64,000 nt of DNA, taken from positions 744,001 through 808,000 of the forward strand of contig OZ037846.1 of the NCBI GenBank assembly GCA_964035575.1. Reading direction: 5' to 3'. Within the stretch, counting starts at the first letter, position 1; every line of letters begins with the position of its first letter. Below, in pieces: positions 45,150-57,175 of this stretch. Position numbers and translations under genes: made by a program. The notes below the pieces were generated by a model, which did not search any database, was not told where the DNA came from, and worked only from the letters and a program-made list of their open reading frames with translations. The DNA is from Rhynchopus sp. YZ270_cl-10. Taxonomy: Eukaryota.

Positions 45150-47318
45150 TCACGCAAAATATTGTACAATCAATGCAGTGACCCCTGCTAGGAAGCCTGC
45201 TATTCCTATGAAAAGCGTCGCATCAAAGCAGATGTCGTGCAGATGAAAGAACCCCATTTGCCAGTTTTGGGTGGAGGCAGCTACACCTTGAAGGTAGACG
45301 AGGGTGTCTGTCCAGGCCGCGAGATCGCCATGGCGTGACCCCTTGGCTTCGTCGGTTCTGCGGAACTCAAAATGGCTTGTGTAACGTTGCAGTGGGGTGT
45401 GTAGGGTACGTTTCCAGCCTCTCAGCGTTGAGGCAAAAATGATAACGCTTAATGCCGCAGCTAATGGAGGTAGGTATTTCAAATAGGTGTCCCTCGAGGT
45501 GCTATGGTGTGTCGCATATATTAACGCCCAAATCGCCCAACCTGCACCCAAAACCACGGCACCACATATGACAAACAGGACCTCCGCCCAATCCGTTGCG
45601 ATATGCAAAAAAAGCTGTCTCGCCCCTCCTGTGGTAGCGACCAACGGTCGTGCCCAGCTTTTGTAGGATGAACACGCAAAGTCTCGACGTCCTCCAGGAG
45701 TGTTTTCCAGAGGAGGTACACAACCTAACCAGATGTCATGTAATAGCAGAGAGGTCAGACGGAATTTGAGGAGAACGGTAAGCAACGATGCAGCAAAGAG
45801 TGGGAAAACCCCGAGAGAGAGAATGTATTTACGTTGGTCATGTGTTGAAAGGTCGTGGTGATTGAAGGCAACACGGATGGCGGGGTAAATAGGTGCCAAG
45901 ACTACCCCGCAAAGACATAAAACAGATAAAACCATGTTTTGTGGGGTTGACAATACGCAATGTGCCTGCCGGTACACCAACCCCCCACGGTATCCTACTA
46001 ATCGCACAAAGTTCGAGCGGAAGCTTTCCCTCTTCCAGACCATCGCTATATCGATTGTCAACGAAAAAAGCAAAAACGCTCCAACCGGGAGTACCCCATA
46101 TGGTGAATTCCATTGCGGCTCATTCCAATGCTTTGCGAGAAGGACCCAAAGGAGGAACACTGCGATGTTTAGAAGGACCCGCAGACCCGAAGCTATGGGG
46201 TGCGAGAGAATCCAGTCTGCACGGACAAGAGGGAGTGCGGAGGCTTCTTCTAAGAGGTTGTCGTCAAAATCCCTGCGGTTAAGATCAACCGGAAAGGTAA
46301 GAGAGTGTCCAAATGCAGGGCGACCAGAAGCTAGCTGTAGAGTGCTTTCTCTGGGTAGAAGGCCCCGCTCTTCATCATCCCCCTCGGTCGCGTGCTCGCT
46401 TAAATGAGAGCTGCGTTCGCTGCCGTAACTCCGTCTCGCTCCTGCAGATAGCCGTTTCTTTTCTGGGCGTATTGGAGCGGGAGAAACACTAAGAATCGGC
46501 TGAGCTGAAGAAAAACTTCCTTGTTGTGGTTGCGGGCATGTTGCCTCAAGATCTGGAGGAGGTGGTGAAATCCCAGCAGGAATCGCCCCCTCAGAGGTAG
46601 GAGTAAAATGCTGCGATCCATTCGAAATCTGAAACGATAAATTTGGCGGTGGGGTTGCGGCTGAGATAAGCCCGTTTACGTCGACGTACATAACAACCCC
46701 ATCCGCTGCGATCAAAAGCTTCGTTTTCTTTGTCCTCCCCAACAGCACCGCATCCAACAAAGGGACCGTCCCTGCACCTATCCGCATACTGCTTTTTAAG
46801 AGCTCCGCATTCGGATCGTCAATCCCTTTTACCTGAAACGCGTTTTCATTGGATGCCAGAAAAGCGACATCCCATATGAGCGACGAAAGCTTGACTTCTG
46901 CTCCATTAGCGAAAGGCGTGTCGGGGCTGCCCTCCTTCAGGATGAGCTGCATGGGGGCAGAGCGGTCGGAATCTAGCCATAGCGTAGAGAGAACGTAGGC
47001 TGCGAACGCGATGCCGTTCATTTCTGTTGCGAAGGAGAGGGAGTACACCGTGCCGGAGGCAAGACGCAGGTTGTAGTACGTCTGCGCCTTCACCCTGCGT
47101 ACCGTGAGCGGTTCTGCCAGGTCGTATCGGTAGTGCCGGATGCTCAGATAGTTGTCTGTCAGCTTGTCGTCGCCGACGCCGAGAAACACCCTATAATCCT
47201 CGTGTTCACGAACGTAGGCTACCAAGACGTCCCCGACGCCAAGTGCACCCCCCTCAGCATCAAATACACTCACCTCAGCATCAAACAGAATGGTAATAGC
47301 ATCCTCATCCCCGGACAT
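45150..47318 (-). CDS. Multipass membrane protein (722 aa): PH/EVH1-like + degenerate FKBP-like N-terminus, ~7 TM C-terminus
   Basis: Long intronless ORF starting at MSGDEDA. Soluble N-terminal half, then a Pro/Ser linker, then several hydrophobic segments. Domain calls are by eye. Confidence 0.8.
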   Translation of the reverse strand: MSGDEDAITILFDAEVSVFDAEGGALGVGDVLVAYVREHEDYRVFLGVGDDKLTDNYLSIRHYRYDLAEPLTVRRVKAQTYYNLRLASGTVYSLSFATEMNGIAFAAYVLSTLWLDSDRSAPMQLILKEGSPDTPFANGAEVKLSSLIWDVAFLASNENAFQVKGIDDPNAELLKSSMRIGAGTVPLLDAVLLGRTKKTKLLIAADGVVMYVDVNGLISAATPPPNLSFQISNGSQHFTPTSEGAIPAGISPPPPDLEATCPQPQQGSFSSAQPILSVSPAPIRPEKKRLSAGARRSYGSERSSHLSEHATEGDDEERGLLPRESTLQLASGRPAFGHSLTFPVDLNRRDFDDNLLEEASALPLVRADWILSHPIASGLRVLLNIAVFLLWVLLAKHWNEPQWNSPYGVLPVGAFLLFSLTIDIAMVWKRESFRSNFVRLVGYRGGLVYRQAHCVLSTPQNMVLSVLCLCGVVLAPIYPAIRVAFNHHDLSTHDQRKYILSLGVFPLFAASLLTVLLKFRLTSLLLHDIWLGCVPPLENTPGGRRDFACSSYKSWARPLVATTGGARQLFLHIATDWAEVLFVICGAVVLGAGWAIWALIYATHHSTSRDTYLKYLPPLAAALSVIIFASTLRGWKRTLHTPLQRYTSHFEFRRTDEAKGSRHGDLAAWTDTLVYLQGVAASTQNWQMGFFHLHDICFDATLFIGIAGFLAGVTALIVQYFA

Positions 47319-47753
47319 AGTGTGGCGCGCCTTTTGTGTTGTTCTGTGAAAAGGGAGGGGGGCTTGTTGGACGGGGTGGTTGAAAGTTTTTTCAGGAATG
47401 GCAAAAAAGCCACTCCCAAAAAAGAGAGAAACGGCACCACTGATATGACGTCGATCTGGTCCTCGTGGAGCTACCAGAGCATTAAGAAGCGAGGAAAGTG
47501 CCCAAGTAAAATAAAAGAAGAAGAAAAAAATCACTTTGTCTAGCCATTATATGGGTGTAAGCTTGTTCAGAGACGTGTGTGTTTGGTGTATCGGGTACTT
47601 TGCGCAGTTAATAAAAAACTCAAAACATAAAGGTATCGCTGCTGTAACGAACGACACAAGAAAAGAAAAGGGTGAGCGCAAAATCCTCGTGAACAAAACG
47701 GGTTTGCAGTTTGAAGCAAATGCCAGATGTAAATCTGAGCAAACACAACAGTG

Positions 47754-49484
47754 CTACTTCACGGAACACATCTGAGAGCAACACACAACACTGCACGTCC
47801 CAGAAGGAACTGCGTGTGCTGGTGTGCCAACCCCTCCCGCAGCTGTCCATGCCATAGCAACGTCAAGGTCAGACTGCTCACCACGCAGGTACCCACGCAC
47901 GGCAATGTTGTACTCCTCCCAATGCTTCTTCCCACCTATCATGTACATCCACTCGTCAACTGCTTCTGCTGCATCACTCAGCTGAGCCATCACTTCTGCC
48001 ACAACCTGTGCCTCACAATCAGAGGCAACCTCCACCTTGCACGGAAGCAGACGCAGCTGGTGTTCGCACTCAGCATCGCTGAAGCACATCCTGTTGCACA
48101 CCACATCACACCCCAGCATACGCCCCACACGTTCCAGTCCGTTCACATCACGCACAAGCTCCCCCACCATGCTGAACCGACGCATCACCTCACAACCCAT
48201 GTCACCACGCAGCACCTTCCCAGTCGCAACACCAGCATTCACCTTCTCACAAAAGCTGCTCGCACCCTTCAGAAGCAGGCTTGCTGCGTGCAGTGCAGAT
48301 GTGGCATGTGTCGCACACTGCTTCGAGGCGTTGAACGAACAGTGGATCCTGTCCCCGATGAACACGTCCACCATCCCACGTCTTGTCTCTGTTGCCTGCA
48401 GGGTCTTCAGGAGGAGAGTGGTGAAGAAGGAGGAGTAGGTCGCACTGTCCTTCTCCAGCAAATGCAGGGTGTCCTTCACGTTCAGTGTCAGCAGGGTTGC
48501 CTTTCCCGAGGACAGACCCAGTGGCAAGCACACTGGCAAGTTCTCATTTCTCAAATGTGAGGACTCTGTGGATGTGTCTGCTGTCTCTGTCAGGTCTCGC
48601 CCTTCGCTCTCTGAGTCCACCTTCTCCACCCCATCCTGAAACGGCAGACACGTCTTCGGGAGGTACGCTTTGTACATGCGCAGGTTCTTCTCCAGTCTCC
48701 ACAGGGCAGCAGTCATCCCCTCAGGCAGGTCACCCCCATGCACGTCCAGCATCTCCGCCACCTGCTCCACGTCGTACCCCGCAAGAAGCGACGCAATCTC
48801 CTGCACAACGCTGATCGTGCGCCTCATTGACTCCTGCTCCTTCAGCACGTTCTGCGCAAACCTGCGTGTCACGAAGAAGTCGATCAGGAAGACAAAAAGA
48901 CTGGAAATCAGTTCAAGTTGGGGAAATGGTGTCTTGCAGGGTAAGAACTCGCAGTCCGTCTTTTCTACAATCAACGCTCTCCTGCTGTGTTCACCTTCGT
49001 ACGGCAACAACCCAGGAAGGTCAAACAAGCCAAATCTGAAGGATTCCTCACATCCCATCACACACAGCCACACCATTGTCGCACCCACGAACCATGTACT
49101 GTACCGTGATGCGACTTGCATCACAAGCAACATGTCCACAACCACGATCAGAATTGGCCAGGCAAAGTAAGCATAAGTGCGTGCGTGCAAATCCCATATG
49201 AGGATGCCAATGCCAAACGAGTACATATACCCCACCACAAACGTGGTGTGCAGTTGCTGCTTGCAGAGCACCTTCACCATGGCAACAAACCCAGCTGCAG
49301 CAATTATGCAACCCCCGAGTTTGAAAACAATCTTACTCTGCCCGTCCTTCTTCTGCTGCATCAACAAAACAACCAGAGCCGAGACTGCTGAGGCCACACA
49401 GAACACAAACATGATGGTGCGCTTCTTAACCTCAGCAGCACTGAGAGACCCGTCAATGGTCAGTGCGCTGTTCAGGCATCGCAT
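47754..49484 (-). CDS. Membrane protein with degenerate class III nucleotidyl cyclase domain (576 aa)
   Basis: About 6 TM segments, then ATLLTLNVKD, GMVDVFIGDRIHCSFNA, GVATGKVLRGDMG and FSMVGELV. Confidence 0.85.
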   Translation of the reverse strand: MRCLNSALTIDGSLSAAEVKKRTIMFVFCVASAVSALVVLLMQQKKDGQSKIVFKLGGCIIAAAGFVAMVKVLCKQQLHTTFVVGYMYSFGIGILIWDLHARTYAYFAWPILIVVVDMLLVMQVASRYSTWFVGATMVWLCVMGCEESFRFGLFDLPGLLPYEGEHSRRALIVEKTDCEFLPCKTPFPQLELISSLFVFLIDFFVTRRFAQNVLKEQESMRRTISVVQEIASLLAGYDVEQVAEMLDVHGGDLPEGMTAALWRLEKNLRMYKAYLPKTCLPFQDGVEKVDSESEGRDLTETADTSTESSHLRNENLPVCLPLGLSSGKATLLTLNVKDTLHLLEKDSATYSSFFTTLLLKTLQATETRRGMVDVFIGDRIHCSFNASKQCATHATSALHAASLLLKGASSFCEKVNAGVATGKVLRGDMGCEVMRRFSMVGELVRDVNGLERVGRMLGCDVVCNRMCFSDAECEHQLRLLPCKVEVASDCEAQVVAEVMAQLSDAAEAVDEWMYMIGGKKHWEEYNIAVRGYLRGEQSDLDVAMAWTAAGGVGTPAHAVPSGTCSVVCCSQMCSVK

Positions 49485-50318
49485 CGTTGGGCTTTTGATC
49501 CTCACAAACCTTTGCTGTGTGTGGAGCAGGGGTGTGTGGATGTGTGTTGTGTGCTGGTGGGTGGGGGGTCTCTTTAGGATAAAATATGGGGGGAAAGGTC
49601 TTTTTTGGTTAATAGCGCCGAAAAAACGGCAGCGAGGTATGTGGTCATGAGGGCGAGACTGGGGAAACACAACACAAAAATACTGATGAAGGTGGTGAGA
49701 TTTCCCCGTAACGTCCTCAACCAACCTTGCCGAAGCAAGTGGTAAGCAATAACAACAAAAAGGGCACGTAGTAATAGATAAATGGTACGCGCAAAAAAAA
49801 TATAGCGAAAAAGGGGGAGGGGAAAAGACTTTCTTATTCGCGACATATGTTATCCTAGAGACCCCCCTGGCGTAGCAAAGCTACTTAAACAAGTTTACAG
49901 TATGTGAGGGTCCAGCGTTGGGAGATGGAAATGACCACCACAATTGAGGTACTTTGCACAGAACATAACCTCACACGTCAGAGAGTGCGCATTTTACTGA
50001 ACGATGGTTTTCGTGATGATGTGGATGAGTAAATAGTGTGTGTAGCAGGGGAGAGGATGGCAGGGACGACAGTACAATTGCTGTACCTATTTTTTGTGCA
50101 CAATGTGGCAAAGTAGTGAAAATATGGAACACGGCGAAAATGCAAACAACAGATCACGATCCGACATCAACTCTGATAAATGCTATGACGGCGGTGTTTG
50201 TGTGTACTGAAGCGAATAGGCAGACGTGCAGAGTGTGTGCGTGACATCAGCAATCACTAACCTCTACGACTGGGATGGGGTTCTATATTCGCCAGGTGTA
50301 ACGACTTTGTGCCCAATT

Positions 50319-51201
50319 CCTTAACACTCGGTGTTAAGGTCTTTAAGGTTGCTTCAACACCACACACCCACCCTCCCCTTAACACCCCCCCCCCCGGGGT
50401 GGGTTTCGGCCATTTTTTTTGAGGTCTCTAAACGTCCAAAGAGGTCAAAAAAGTGGATTCTTGGGAAGATAGGAGGTTTTTTTTAGGGTTTGCAAATGAG
50501 AAAGACCTCCAAACCCTGACAGACCCTGAAACCAGGGTGTCGCGAGTACCCCTTTTTTACACGTGTTTCTTAAGGCTTCTACAGGGTTATACAGGCAAAA
50601 CAGGCGTTTTGGCCAAAAACCCGGTTTTTCAGGCAGGTAACCGGGTTTGAGGCTTGGGAAACGTGCCAGAGCGGTGTGAGAACCATGCGTGGGGGTTTGT
50701 AACCACTCGTTGCGTTGGTTGCGTTGCCTTCGCTACGTTGCGTTCGTTACGTACACACCGGTTACGTTGTGTTGCATGCGTTGCGTTCGTTGTGTAGAGA
50801 TCGTTTTATACAGAGTGCAACGAACAGAGCGGTTGCGTTGCGTTGGTTGTGTTCGGTTGGTTACGTTCGTTGCGTTCCGATCGTTACGTACACATCGGTT
50901 GCGTTGCGTTGCATGGGTTGCGTTCGTTGTGTAGAGACCGATATATACAGATCGCAACGTACGCATAGGTTGCGTTGTGTTGCACGCGTTGCATTCGTTG
51001 CATACAGAACGCAACGTACACACAGGTTGCGTTGCATCCGTTGCGTTGGTTGTGTTTGTTTCGTTACGTTCTCATCGTCACGTACACATCGGTTGCGTTG
51101 CGTTGCATGCGTTGGTTGCATACGGATCGTAACGTATAGAGCGGATCCGTTTCGTTGTGTTCGGTTGCGTTTATCAACCACACCAGCCAGGAGTGTTAAG
51201 G
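50319..51201. mobile_element. TIR element with 3-bp ATT TSD
   Basis: TIR CCTTAACACTC; ATT on both sides; internal degenerate (GTTGC)n at about 50705-51170. Confidence 0.78.
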
Positions 51202-51436
51202 ATTGCCAAAAAAAACTAAATTTCACTACAAGCCCAAAAAATGCCCACTTCAGGTAGTCACCAATCTCACCTCACCTCTGCCACCATTTCCACCTGACCT
51301 CTTGTCTGAACGTCTGCTACAGCAGTATTCAAGTGAGGGAAGTACAAAACATAAGGATACAGCAGGGGGACTTCGACTAGGACATCAAATGGCAAAACAT
51401 TACTAATACTTCAGTTGTCTGAAAGCAGCTGGTTCC

Positions 51437-54325
51437 TCACAAAAGAACGTGTTTCGATGAAAGCGGCCCATTTGTCACAAAAGAACGCGTTTCGATGAAG
51501 GCGGTCCATTTTTCACAAAAGAACGCGTTTCGATGGAAGCGGTCCGTTTTTCACAAAAGAACGCGTTTCGATGGAAGCGGTCCGTTTTTCACAAAAGAAC
51601 GCGTTTCGATGAAAGCGGTCCGTTTTTCGCAAAAGAACGCGTTTCGATGAAAGCGGTCCGTTTTTCGCAAAAGAACGCGTTTCGATGGAAGCGGTCCGTT
51701 TTTCGCAAAAGAACGCGTTTCGATGGAAGCGGTCCGTTTCTCACAAAAGAACGCGTTTCGATGAAAGCGGTCCGTTTTTCGCAAAAGAACGCGTTTCGAT
51801 GAAAGCGGTCCGTTTTTCGCAAAAGAACGCGTTTCGATGAAAGCGGTCCGTTTTTCGCAAAAGAACGCGTTTCGATGAAAGCGGTCCGTTATTCGCAAAA
51901 GAACGCGTTTCGATGAAAGCGGTCCGTTATTCGCAAAAGAACGCGTTGCGATGAAAGCGGTCCGTTTTTCGCAAAAGAACGCGTTGCGATGGAAGCGGTC
52001 CGTTTTTCGCAAAAGAACGCGTTTCGATGGAAGCGGTCCGTTTTTCACAAAAGAACGCGTTTCGATGAAAGCGGTCCGTTTTTCACAAAAGAACGCGTTT
52101 CGATGGAAGCTGTCCGTTTTTCACAAAAGAACGCGTTTCGATGAAAGCGGTCCGTTTTTCGCAAAAGAACGCGTTGCGATGGAAGCGGTCCGTTTTTCAC
52201 AAAAGAACGCGTTTCGATGGAAGCGGTCCGTTTTTCACAAAAGAACGCGTTTCGATGGAAGCGGTCCGTTTTTCGCAAAAGAACGCGTTGCGATGAAAGC
52301 GCTCCGTTTTTCACAAAAGAACGCGTTTCGATGAAAGCGGTCCGTTTTTCACAAAAGAACGCGTTTCGATGAAAGCGGTCCGTTTCTCACAAAAGAACGC
52401 GTTTCGATGAGAGCGGTCCGTTTTTCACAAAAGAACGCGTTTCGATGGAAGCTGTCCGTTTTTCACAAAAGAACGCGTTTCGATGGAAGCGGTCCGTTTC
52501 TCACAAAAGAACGCGTTTCGATGAGAGCGGTCCGTTTTTCACAAAAGAACGCGTTTCGATGGAAGCGGTCCGTTATTCGCAAAAGAACGCGTTTCGATGA
52601 AAGCGGTCCGTTATTCGCAAAAGAACGCGTTTCGATGGAAGCGGTCCGTTTTTCGCAAAAGAACGCGTTTCGATGAAAGCGGTCCGTTTTTCACAAAAGA
52701 ACGCGTTTCGATGAAAGCGGTCCGTTTCTCACAAAAGAACGCGTTTCGATGAAAGCGGTCCGTTTTTCACAAAAGAACGCGTTTCGATGAAAGCGGTCCG
52801 TTTTTCACAAAAGAACGCGTTTCGATGAAAGCGGTCCGTTTTTCACAAAAGAACGCGTTTCGATGAAAGCGGTCCGTTTTTCGCAAAAGAACGCGTTGCG
52901 ATGGAAGCGGTCCGTTTTTCACAAAAGAACGCGTTTCGATGGAAGCGGTCCGTTTTTCACAAAAGAACGCGTTTCGATGGAAGCGGTCCGTTTTTCGCAA
53001 AAGAACGCGTTGCGATGAAAGCGCTCCGTTTTTCACAAAAGAACGCGTTTCGATGAAAGCGGTCCGTTTTTCACAAAAGAACGCGTTTCGATGAAAGCTG
53101 TCCGTTTCTCACAAAAGAACGCGTTTCGATGAGAGCGGTCCGTTTCTCACAAAAGAACGCGTTTCGATGAGAGCGGTCCGTTTTTCACAAAAGAACGCGT
53201 TTCGATGGAAGCGGTCCGTTTCTCACAAAAGAACGCGTTTCGATGAGAGCGGTCCGTTTTTCACAAAAGAACGCGTTTCGATGGAAGCGGTCCGTTATTC
53301 GCAAAAGAACGCGTTTCGATGAAAGCGGTCCGTTATTCGCAAAAGAACGCGTTTCGATGGAAGCGGTCCGTTTTTCGCAAAAGAACGCGTTTCGATGAAA
53401 GCGGTCCGTTTTTCACAAAAGAACGCGTTTCGATGAAAGCGGTCCGTTTCTCACAAAAGAACGCGTTTCGATGAGAGCGGTCCGTTTTTCACAAAAGAAC
53501 GCGTTTCGATGAAAGCGGTCCGTTTTTCACAAAAGAACGCGTTTCGATGAAAGCGGTCCGTTTCTCACAAAAGAACGCGTTTCGATGAGAGCGGTCCGTT
53601 TTTCACAAAAGAACGCGTTTCGATGAAGGCGGTCCGTTTTGCGCAAAAGAACGCGTTTCGATGAAAGAGGTCCGTTTTTCACAAAAGAACGCGTTTCGAT
53701 GGAAGCGGTCCGTTTTTCACAAAAGAACGCGTTTCGATGAAAGCGGTCCGTTTTTCACAAAAGAACGCGTTTCGATGGAAGCGGTCCGTTTTTCACAAAA
53801 GAACGCGTTTCGATGGAAGCGGTCCGTTTTTCGCAAAAGAACGCGTTGCGATGGAAGCGGTCCGTTATTCGCAAAAGAACGCGTTTCGATGAAAGCGGTC
53901 CGTTTTACGCAAAAGAACGCGTTTCGATGGAAGCGGTCCGTTTTTCGCAAAAGAACGCGTTGCGATGAAAGCGCTCCGTTTTTCACAAAAGAACGCGTTT
54001 CGATGAAAGCGGTCCGTTTTTCACAAAAGAACGCGTTTCGATGAAAGCGGTCCGTTTCTCACAAAAGAACGCGTTTCGATGAGAGCGGTCCGTTTTTCAC
54101 AAAAGAACGCGTTTCGATGGAAGCTGTCCGTTTTTCACAAAAGAACGCGTTTCGATGGAAGCGGTCCGTTTCTCACAAAAGAACGCGTTTCGATGAGAGC
54201 GGTCCGTTTTTCACAAAAGAACGCGTTTCGATGGAAGCTGTCCGTTTTTCACAAAAGAACGCGTTTCGATGGAAGCGGTCCGTTATTCGCAAAAGAACGC
54301 GTTTCGATGAAAGCGGTCCGTTATT
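51437..54325. repeat. 38-bp satellite, ~76 units
   Basis: Unit C(A/G)CAAAAGAACGCGTTTCGATG(A/G)AAGCGGTCCGTTTTT, head-to-tail with no spacers. Confidence 0.98.
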
Positions 54326-54900
54326 CCTTAACACTCTGTGTTAAGGTTTTTAAGGTTGCTTTTGTGGCGTACCCTGTACCCTAACCCCCCCCGACGGGGT
54401 ACCCCAAAAAATGACATTTCTCGCAGAGGCGCCAAAGTGTAAGATTTTTTCGGCATTGGAAAGATTGGGCCAAAAATCCAGCCCTTACCAAATTCTAGAA
54501 AACACTTGTGTTTTCTAGTTTTTAACCCCCTGCGCGTGGTTTAAAAAACTCCCCCTAAGTCACCCCCCCCCTCCCTGGTGGATCCGACCAAAATCGACCA
54601 AAAATCGGTTTTTTTTTCAGGGTGTAGAAGCTTCGCCCAGCTCAAAAAACTGTTTCTTTGGAAAGATCGGACACTTTTTGGGGGGTGTATAGGCTCAGCG
54701 AAGCGTTAAACCGTTAGAGACCCTGACACCAGGGTGTCACGAGTACCCCTTTTATACACGTGTTTCTTAAGGCTTCTACAGGGTTCTACAGGCAAAACAG
54801 GCGTTTTGGCCAAAAACCCCGTTTTTCAGGCAGGTAAACGTGTTTGCGGCTTGGGAAACGTGCCAGCGCGGTGTGAGAACCATGCATGGACCACACACGG
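54326..54900. mobile_element. Relative of the 50319 element; right end not found
   Basis: Same left end (CCTTAACACTC.GTGTTAAGGT.TTTAAGGTTGCTT) after ATT; 54717-54887 matches 50520-50688. Confidence 0.7.
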
Positions 54901-56159
54901 CACGAGTTGCAGCAGCCCACCGAAGGTGGGCTGCGTTTGGTAACCACACGATGCGGGTAACGCGCGTATCGCATATACATAGCGTTGTGTGTATCGTATA
55001 CGAAGACCGTTGTGTGTAACGCACGTGTAGACCGTTGCGTTATCACAACCACACGAGCCAGCAAAGTGTCACAGCGGCGCAGGTGTTGCGTTAACCCGAT
55101 GGAGTTAAACCCGTAGCATGTTTTAGCTGCACACGAAGCGTGTATCGCTTATGCATAGCGTTGTGTTTTTTTTTTTTTTTTTTTTTTTTTCTCTTTGGCC
55201 TTTAGTGGTCTTTTTATTGCGATAGGTTAGTACACAATGAACAAAAAGCAAGGTGGGCGCACCACTCAAACAAAATGAACAGAACACAAAAGGTGGGCAC
55301 GGCCCAGGGTATCTCATTACACCTCCCCTGACGTTGGTCTCCTGCTTGCTTGAGAGGCCGGGGAATCACTTTGGAGTCAAACAGCTCGTACGCGAGGATA
55401 CCTCCCCTAAAACTGGAAAATACAAATGGAGTGGTGCGCGCAGTAATGTAAGCGGTGTCGTGGCGTGCTTAGCCAAAGGTATACGCTTAAAAGTCACTCA
55501 AAAAAAAAAAAAAAAAAAAAATAAATAAATAAAAGGGAATATGCATTGTGTAAGTATAACTAGTGTGTATTTATATGGGGCGGTGTGGAAAGTGAAACGT
55601 AAGGCAGCAAATAGGGTACACACAGCTCGCCCCCATCACACGCTTTCCCCCTTTCATATCCCAAGATAGCACCCAGGGCGCAATCGATTTTAACATCAAC
55701 AAAATGCAGTGACTGGTGTGTTTGTGTGTCTTTAGGGGCGAGGGGGCGGGCAGAGTGAGAGGCAGGCATCTGTGGCAGTCGCAAACCCCCACCAGGAGCC
55801 CTGATCTCTTAGGTAGGTTTGTGTTGTGGCGGCGTACACGATTTGCCCTTGTTGGGGTGTTGGTGGCGTTCTTTTGGGGCATGTGGCTCGTGTTATTACC
55901 TATGAGACTCGGACACCCAGCAGAGGCGCAACTTCCACTTCAGGTACCCATCGCTCTCCCCACCCCTCCTCCCCTTGTCGTCGCATTTGCCTGTGCCGCA
56001 ATCGGGTGTGCTTAGGGTACTACATCGGGCCACGGGCAGGGGCTGAGTCTGGGGGTTGTCGTGGCAGAAAAATAAACTAGTGAGTAGGGCACGAGTAGTA
56101 CGTTCCCACATTGCGTAACGTATCTTACTTGCATATGGGGATAAGGGGGGTTAAATGGT

Positions 56160-57175
56160 AGTACAGGTGGCTCGCATCGGGGGTGTCGCTACGCACCCGT
56201 CTACTTTACAGTGACTGCTGCCGAAAATAAAAAGGTGGGAGGTTACAGGGGCGCGGTACCCACTGGCGCCTCCCCGCAAGGTGTTGATAGCGACAGGTTG
56301 TTTCAGTTTGCAATTGCGAAAAAAAATATTTTAAAATAAAACATTTTTTTTTTTAAAAATTAAAATTTGAGTTATTAAAGTTTTGTTTTGTTACAAATTG
56401 TAGAAGTGTGTGTCACTACCCGTGGGGGGGAAGTTTGGGGCTACTGCGGTTGACATAGTGTCCCATAAGAGTGTGCTGTTGTTTTCGCTAGTAGCGTACC
56501 TGGTGGAGCATGCAAGGTGGCCTAGTAGACTCCTACGCAGCTTCACCGGCACGTGTGTATTGTGTAAAGGGGGAAGGGTGAGGTGGGGGTATTAAATAGG
56601 GGAGTTGGGGAATTTGGGATTTTGGTGGGCGGGAAGAACGTCCGTATGGTAAGACGCGCCGCACGCCTCTTTGGGCACATGTAGTGTTTGTGCGTGCATG
56701 TGCTTGCATGTTTAGTCATAAGGGGGGTTTTGATGGTTGTGTTGGTAGCTCGCATCGGGGGTGTCGCTACGCACCCTTTCACCTAACAGTAATTGCTGCC
56801 GTAAAAGAAAAATAAATGATAAATGAAAAAGAGGAGGTTACCAGAGCGCGGTAGACACTGGCGCCTCCCCTCGAGGTGTTTGGTTGCGACAGAAAAGGTT
56901 ACATTTTGCATTTTAAAAGTTTCAAAAGAGGATAAGGTGTGAGCAGTTAAAGTAAAAGTGTGGGTCACTACCCTTTGAAGGGGAACAATGGGGTAACTGC
57001 AGCGCGGTAGTCGCTGGTGACCCTCAAGATTGTGTTGTTGTTTTGACAGGCAGCGTAATCGGTGGAAAATGCAAGGTGGCCGGGTAGACCCCTAAGCAGC
57101 TTCACCGGCACGTGCGTATTGTGTAAAGGGGGAAGGGTGTGTTGGCAGTATTAAATAGGGGGGGAATTGGGGCAC
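56160..57175. repeat. Diverged tandem duplication (~570-bp period)
   Basis: GCTCGCATCGGGGGTGTCGCTACGCACCC at 56170 and 56748; CAGCTTCACCGGCACGTG...GGAAGGGTG at 56538 and 57097. Confidence 0.85.

Noticed and set aside
43563..49700. Hammerhead ribozymes at CTGATGA words
   Set aside because: No following stem II and GAAA core could be built.
51437..54325. CRISPR array
   Set aside because: 38-bp palindromic units are head-to-tail with no unique spacers, there are no cas genes, and the context is eukaryotic.
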